A DNA stretch of 64,000 nucleotides from Eledone cirrhosa (lineage: Eukaryota), in assembly GCA_964016885.1 (NCBI GenBank), contig OZ024743.1, positions 268,026,001 to 268,090,000 of the forward strand, written 5' to 3'. This document shows, piece by piece, positions 60,034 to 64,000 of the stretch. Position 1 is the stretch's first letter. Every line of letters begins with the position of its first letter. Under the pieces are notes generated by a model that saw only the letters and a program-made list of their open reading frames with translations, was not told the origin of the DNA and searched no databases. The translations under genes were made by a program, and so were the position numbers.

Positions 60034-60644
60034 CAGCGGGAAATATGTCAAAATACTATTAAATGAAAAATCGTTGAAAGTAATGCTTAATTAGAACGAG
60101 ATTATAATTAATATTTCACCTTTAATCATCAAAAGATTGGCGTAATAAAGAAAAGCTGAACATAAGCATGATTTTTCGAAAGAATTTACGAGAAATCTTT
60201 GGAAATCTAATTAAAATTGGGGTCAAATTGTTTATTGATGAAGGCCGGTTAATGATTGATAAATCTAACATAAAATTTCATTTCAAAATATCTGTACCTC
60301 GGTGTGTAAAATTTAAAATACGATGGTAGAAGGTAGATGTTATAGATATTAAGTATATTTCCTGAGTGTTATCAAAATTCTATTATTTCTACTTTCAAAA
60401 AGGGTTGTGAATGTAAACATGATAATGCCTCTTTAGAATCAGTAGAGAATTTAGATTAGAATGTACACGCTGGCACGCACACAGAAACTCAAACGTACAC
60501 ACACACATACACACACACACACACACACAAACGTACACACAGACCTTCACACACATACACGCACACACAGACGCACACATAACTACGCGTACACATATTC
60601 AAATATATATATATATATTATACACATACATAGACACAGACATG

Positions 60645-60730
<86 letters not shown>

Positions 60731-61868
60731 AAATGTGTTTTTTTTTAAATAAAAAAAACGAGATGTCCTTGACGTGTGAAAGTATAAGGGAAAGAAATCG
60801 AAAATGCAACTGGATTCTTTTTAAGAATATTTATTTATTTCCTTAAAGGAATAACACACGATTTTACACGGTTCCTAGTCGCTCAGCCTGCTAGAAATCC
60901 TGAAAATATTTCCCCTTATCATGTGTGAGATATGTGTGTGTATGTGTGTGACCACTTTCTGCTAAATCGCTATAGCTAGCCAGTTGCTACATTAGAGTAC
61001 ATACGTAAATTTTCATGAGAATTATTCTGCTGCTCATTGCATTTTGTAAGGTCCATGACCCGCATGGACAACATTTCAATTTATTGATATTGTCTAAAAG
61101 TAAGTATTACGCACTAGGGAAAACAACAACGTTACATATTAATCGTATGCAGATGTCTGAACATGCAATAGATGCACAGTAGGCTCAGAATTGGTGTCAG
61201 CTTTAAAATAGTTAGAATTGTTATTTTGTACAAATCATTTCTTCGTACACACAGGACATGATACAACTTGTTGGCTAATTATAAATATACTTTTCTATCA
61301 CTCTTGAAAGATGTTGCACTGTTTATATATCATGGCTGCGTGTTACATTTTCCCCATTTGTTTTTATATTTCCTTTTCCTAATTAACCCATTTAACTATG
61401 TTTTCATACATTCAGTTTGTCAAATTAGATATTGGTTTTCATATTTGCAAATTTATTTCATCTTTCCTTTAATTTCATAGTGTAATTATATTCAAAATCA
61501 CATTTCTTCAATTTCATTATAATTAGACTTGCATGCTTCATTGATGATGCGCCGAGAAATAATGCCACAGATATAAGGAGGCCCCATGCGTACATGCTTC
61601 ATAGAAACCAAAGGAAGGCGTACTCTGACGTCAGCAGAAACAGATGAGCAGGGACCAAACAGATAGCAAGCTGATGATGCTAGGAGTGCTGCTCAAATAA
61701 TACTTGAGACAACCATAAACGTGAAACTTGACTTGAAGAAATGAGTAAAGGACTGGGAGTAAATAATCCATTGGAATTATATGGTAAACGAAAGATTGGC
61801 CCTTAGCAGAATGGAGGTAGAAGATTTTCCCTTTTACATGCAATATATAATCGGCAAACCATGTCCCA

Positions 61869-61913
<45 letters not shown>

Positions 61914-62065
61914 AGATCAAAAGATGGTTAAAGGAGTTCCATATATTTTATTATGCGCATTTCAAAAACAAACATCATCAAGCAATAATATTTGTGTTTT
62001 CATCAGATAAAACAGGAGAACATGATATGAAGGCTAAAAAACACTTGTTGATAGTGCAGTTTTAA

Positions 62066-62189
<124 letters not shown>

Positions 62190-62199
62190 TGCAAACTAG

Positions 62200-62430
62200 G
62201 CTAAGCGTATTGCAATCGCTTGTCAGATTACAGAAAATGGTACACTTTTAGGCTACGGCCAGCCACACGACCCTGTAAACATATCCTGAACAAGCAATGC
62301 CTGTGCTTTGGAGGTTTTTTAAGTGGGGAAAGCCCTTGCATTCGACCAATCCAACTTTCTGAGCATCGAAAACACTACCCGAAAAGGAGAACTGGTCAAC
62401 ATCATCGGATGCTTCCGAAGCCGCATATAT
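62200..62430 (+). mobile_element. Possible highly decayed CR1/L2-type LINE C-terminal remnant
   Basis: NFLSIENTTRKGELVNI loosely resembles the L.SLE.RR.RGDLI motif; weak. Confidence 0.25.
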
Positions 62431-62782
62431 ATATAGAAGGAAGAGTAACATGGTTGGCTGTACAATAGGGGCTTTATTTAAAGTACTGACAATTATTTCG
62501 TTGATCAGGTGTGTCTAGAGTTCGCTAATCGCTTGAGGTTGCGACAATCGATCTTCAATATGTTGTTTACCACTGGTCAACACATCAGAGCACGTAGATA
62601 TGAAAATAGTTCACTCGAAGCAAGACTTATATAGAAAAGTAGCGTAAAACAAAATAATAACGTCAATAATAAAATACCGTATAATTAAAACAATAACATC
62701 AATAGTAAAACATGTATAGTAAATAGATAGAGAGGTTATAGATGTAAACAAGTAAAATATAAGATAGGGTACATTAAGAAGT

Positions 62783-62873
62783 AATTGTTTCTACTTTAGG
62801 CACAAGGCCAGCAATTACCCAGTGCATTACTGGTACTTTTATTTTATCGACCCCGTAAGGATGAAAGGCAAAG
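62783..62873 (-). mobile_element. tRNA-derived SINE 3' fragment
   Basis: Nearly identical to 42044-42133. Confidence 0.85.
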
Positions 62874-62924
62874 GTACATTAAGAAATAATAATTTCAGAT
62901 AAAACAGGAAAAATTTCCAAAACT

Positions 62925-63170
62925 GATCAGATTAGAGCAAACATCAAGAACGCTCTATCTCAAAATTATTTTTGAAAAGCATTAGAAATGCGCAAACGGC
63001 AAAAACATAATACTAACTTAATAACTAAAACTGAATACTAACCAATACTTATTACTAATTTATACTTATTCCTAATTAAACTATTTTTCACTGGGAAAAA
63101 TTTGTCAGCATTTTCTTTTCCTTTTACTAATATATCACAACTCGTGTGTTACACCTCTATTCTTTTAAAT
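62925..63170 (+). repeat. Dispersed copy of the 51.7-52.1 kb palindrome arm
   Basis: atcagattagagcaaacatca..gctctatctc..aactcgtgtgttacacc.ctattcttttaaat aligns to 51915-52144. Confidence 0.88.
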
Positions 63171-63354
63171 ATATATATAGGGGATAACAAGTTATCGTTA
63201 TAGGTAATCCAGTTAGAGTACTCCGCGTCCTGATAGTTTTAACGTACGGCTCTGTTTGAATCAACAAAATGTTTCCATAGTTATAAAACTTTCCGTTTCT
63301 TTCCCTTCCCACTCTTCTCTATCAATCTATTTTCTCGCTACTATCTTAATCAAT

Positions 63355-63470
63355 AATCTGATAAAGGATTAACTACCGAAACGTTAAGACTCTTTTCCTA
63401 CTGTATCAAGCGGAAACCTAATATATATCTTATCTTCATTGCACTGTATCGTTTTTCTGCATTGTTTTCC
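63355..63470 (+). mobile_element. PLE-like fragment with a degenerate hammerhead
   Basis: CTGATAAaggattaactaccGAAACGTTaagactcttttcctactgtatcaagcg, homologous to 46591 and 39463. Confidence 0.55.
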
Positions 63471-63471
63471 G

Positions 63472-63511
<40 letters not shown>

Positions 63512-64000
63512 TACCATTAAGCCCGGCGTTGCTCGGGGTCAGTAAGTTACCAAAGTTAGGTTGCACCACCCATTTTATGGCAGCACTTTTTTGTCTGCCA
63601 GGCACTGGGTGAATGAATTACAGACCTGGAAGCATGAGCTGCGCCAGCAGTGACAATTGTAGTTTCGCCTATGGATATTATCTCTGTGCAAAAAAGTGTT
63701 GAAATTTATTGTTTCACAGTACTTGCGCAACACGCGCGTAGACGATGCCAGCCAAACAACAGAGCTGCGATGGAGTTGTTCTGCATGGTTGTCTGTGTGT
63801 TTTCTAAATTTAAGACAGTAAGGAGTGATGTGGGGAGGGGGGTGTTATGGGGGAGAGTTAGCTGCTGTTTCTAGCAGGTTTAGTAACCTCATAGAGGATA
63901 TGTGTTTTCTAAATTTAAGACAGTAGGGAGTGGTGTGAACGGACAGTATCACCATCAAGCTTGGAAAGAGAAAGTAGCAGGAAGTATGAAGTTGTATAGA

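Noticed and set aside
63508-63780. Possible Helitron-like 5' end (actaccattaagcccggcgttgctcggg)
   Set aside because: No matching 3' hairpin/CTAG end or Rep/helicase sequence identified within the window.

Overview
Gene-poor, AT-rich eukaryotic DNA crowded with microsatellites ((TA)n, (CT)n, (CA)n, (GATA)n, (AAG)n, (GGT)n, (GAT)n). The repeat families resemble those of an octopus or other cephalopod (inference, not verified). I found no supportable host protein-coding exon, and almost all ORFs in the track are simple-repeat artefacts. Recognisable content is decayed mobile DNA: one internally deleted pogo-type transposon with TIRs, one non-autonomous TIR element, four Tx1/L1-clade LINE relics, three R4/Dong-clade LINE relics, at least eight copies of a tRNA-headed SINE, and several non-coding Penelope-like (PLE) or retrozyme-like repeats with hammerhead (HHR) motifs. 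The best candidate for a novel system is a non-coding repeat family at two loci (16.6-18.9 kb, ~740-756-bp tandem units; 47.9-48.5 kb, ~501-bp unit). It carries all HHR core nucleotides in a non-circularly permuted strand order, supported by four compensatory base-pair changes between the loci. Stem II is reduced to one pair, so activity is unproven.
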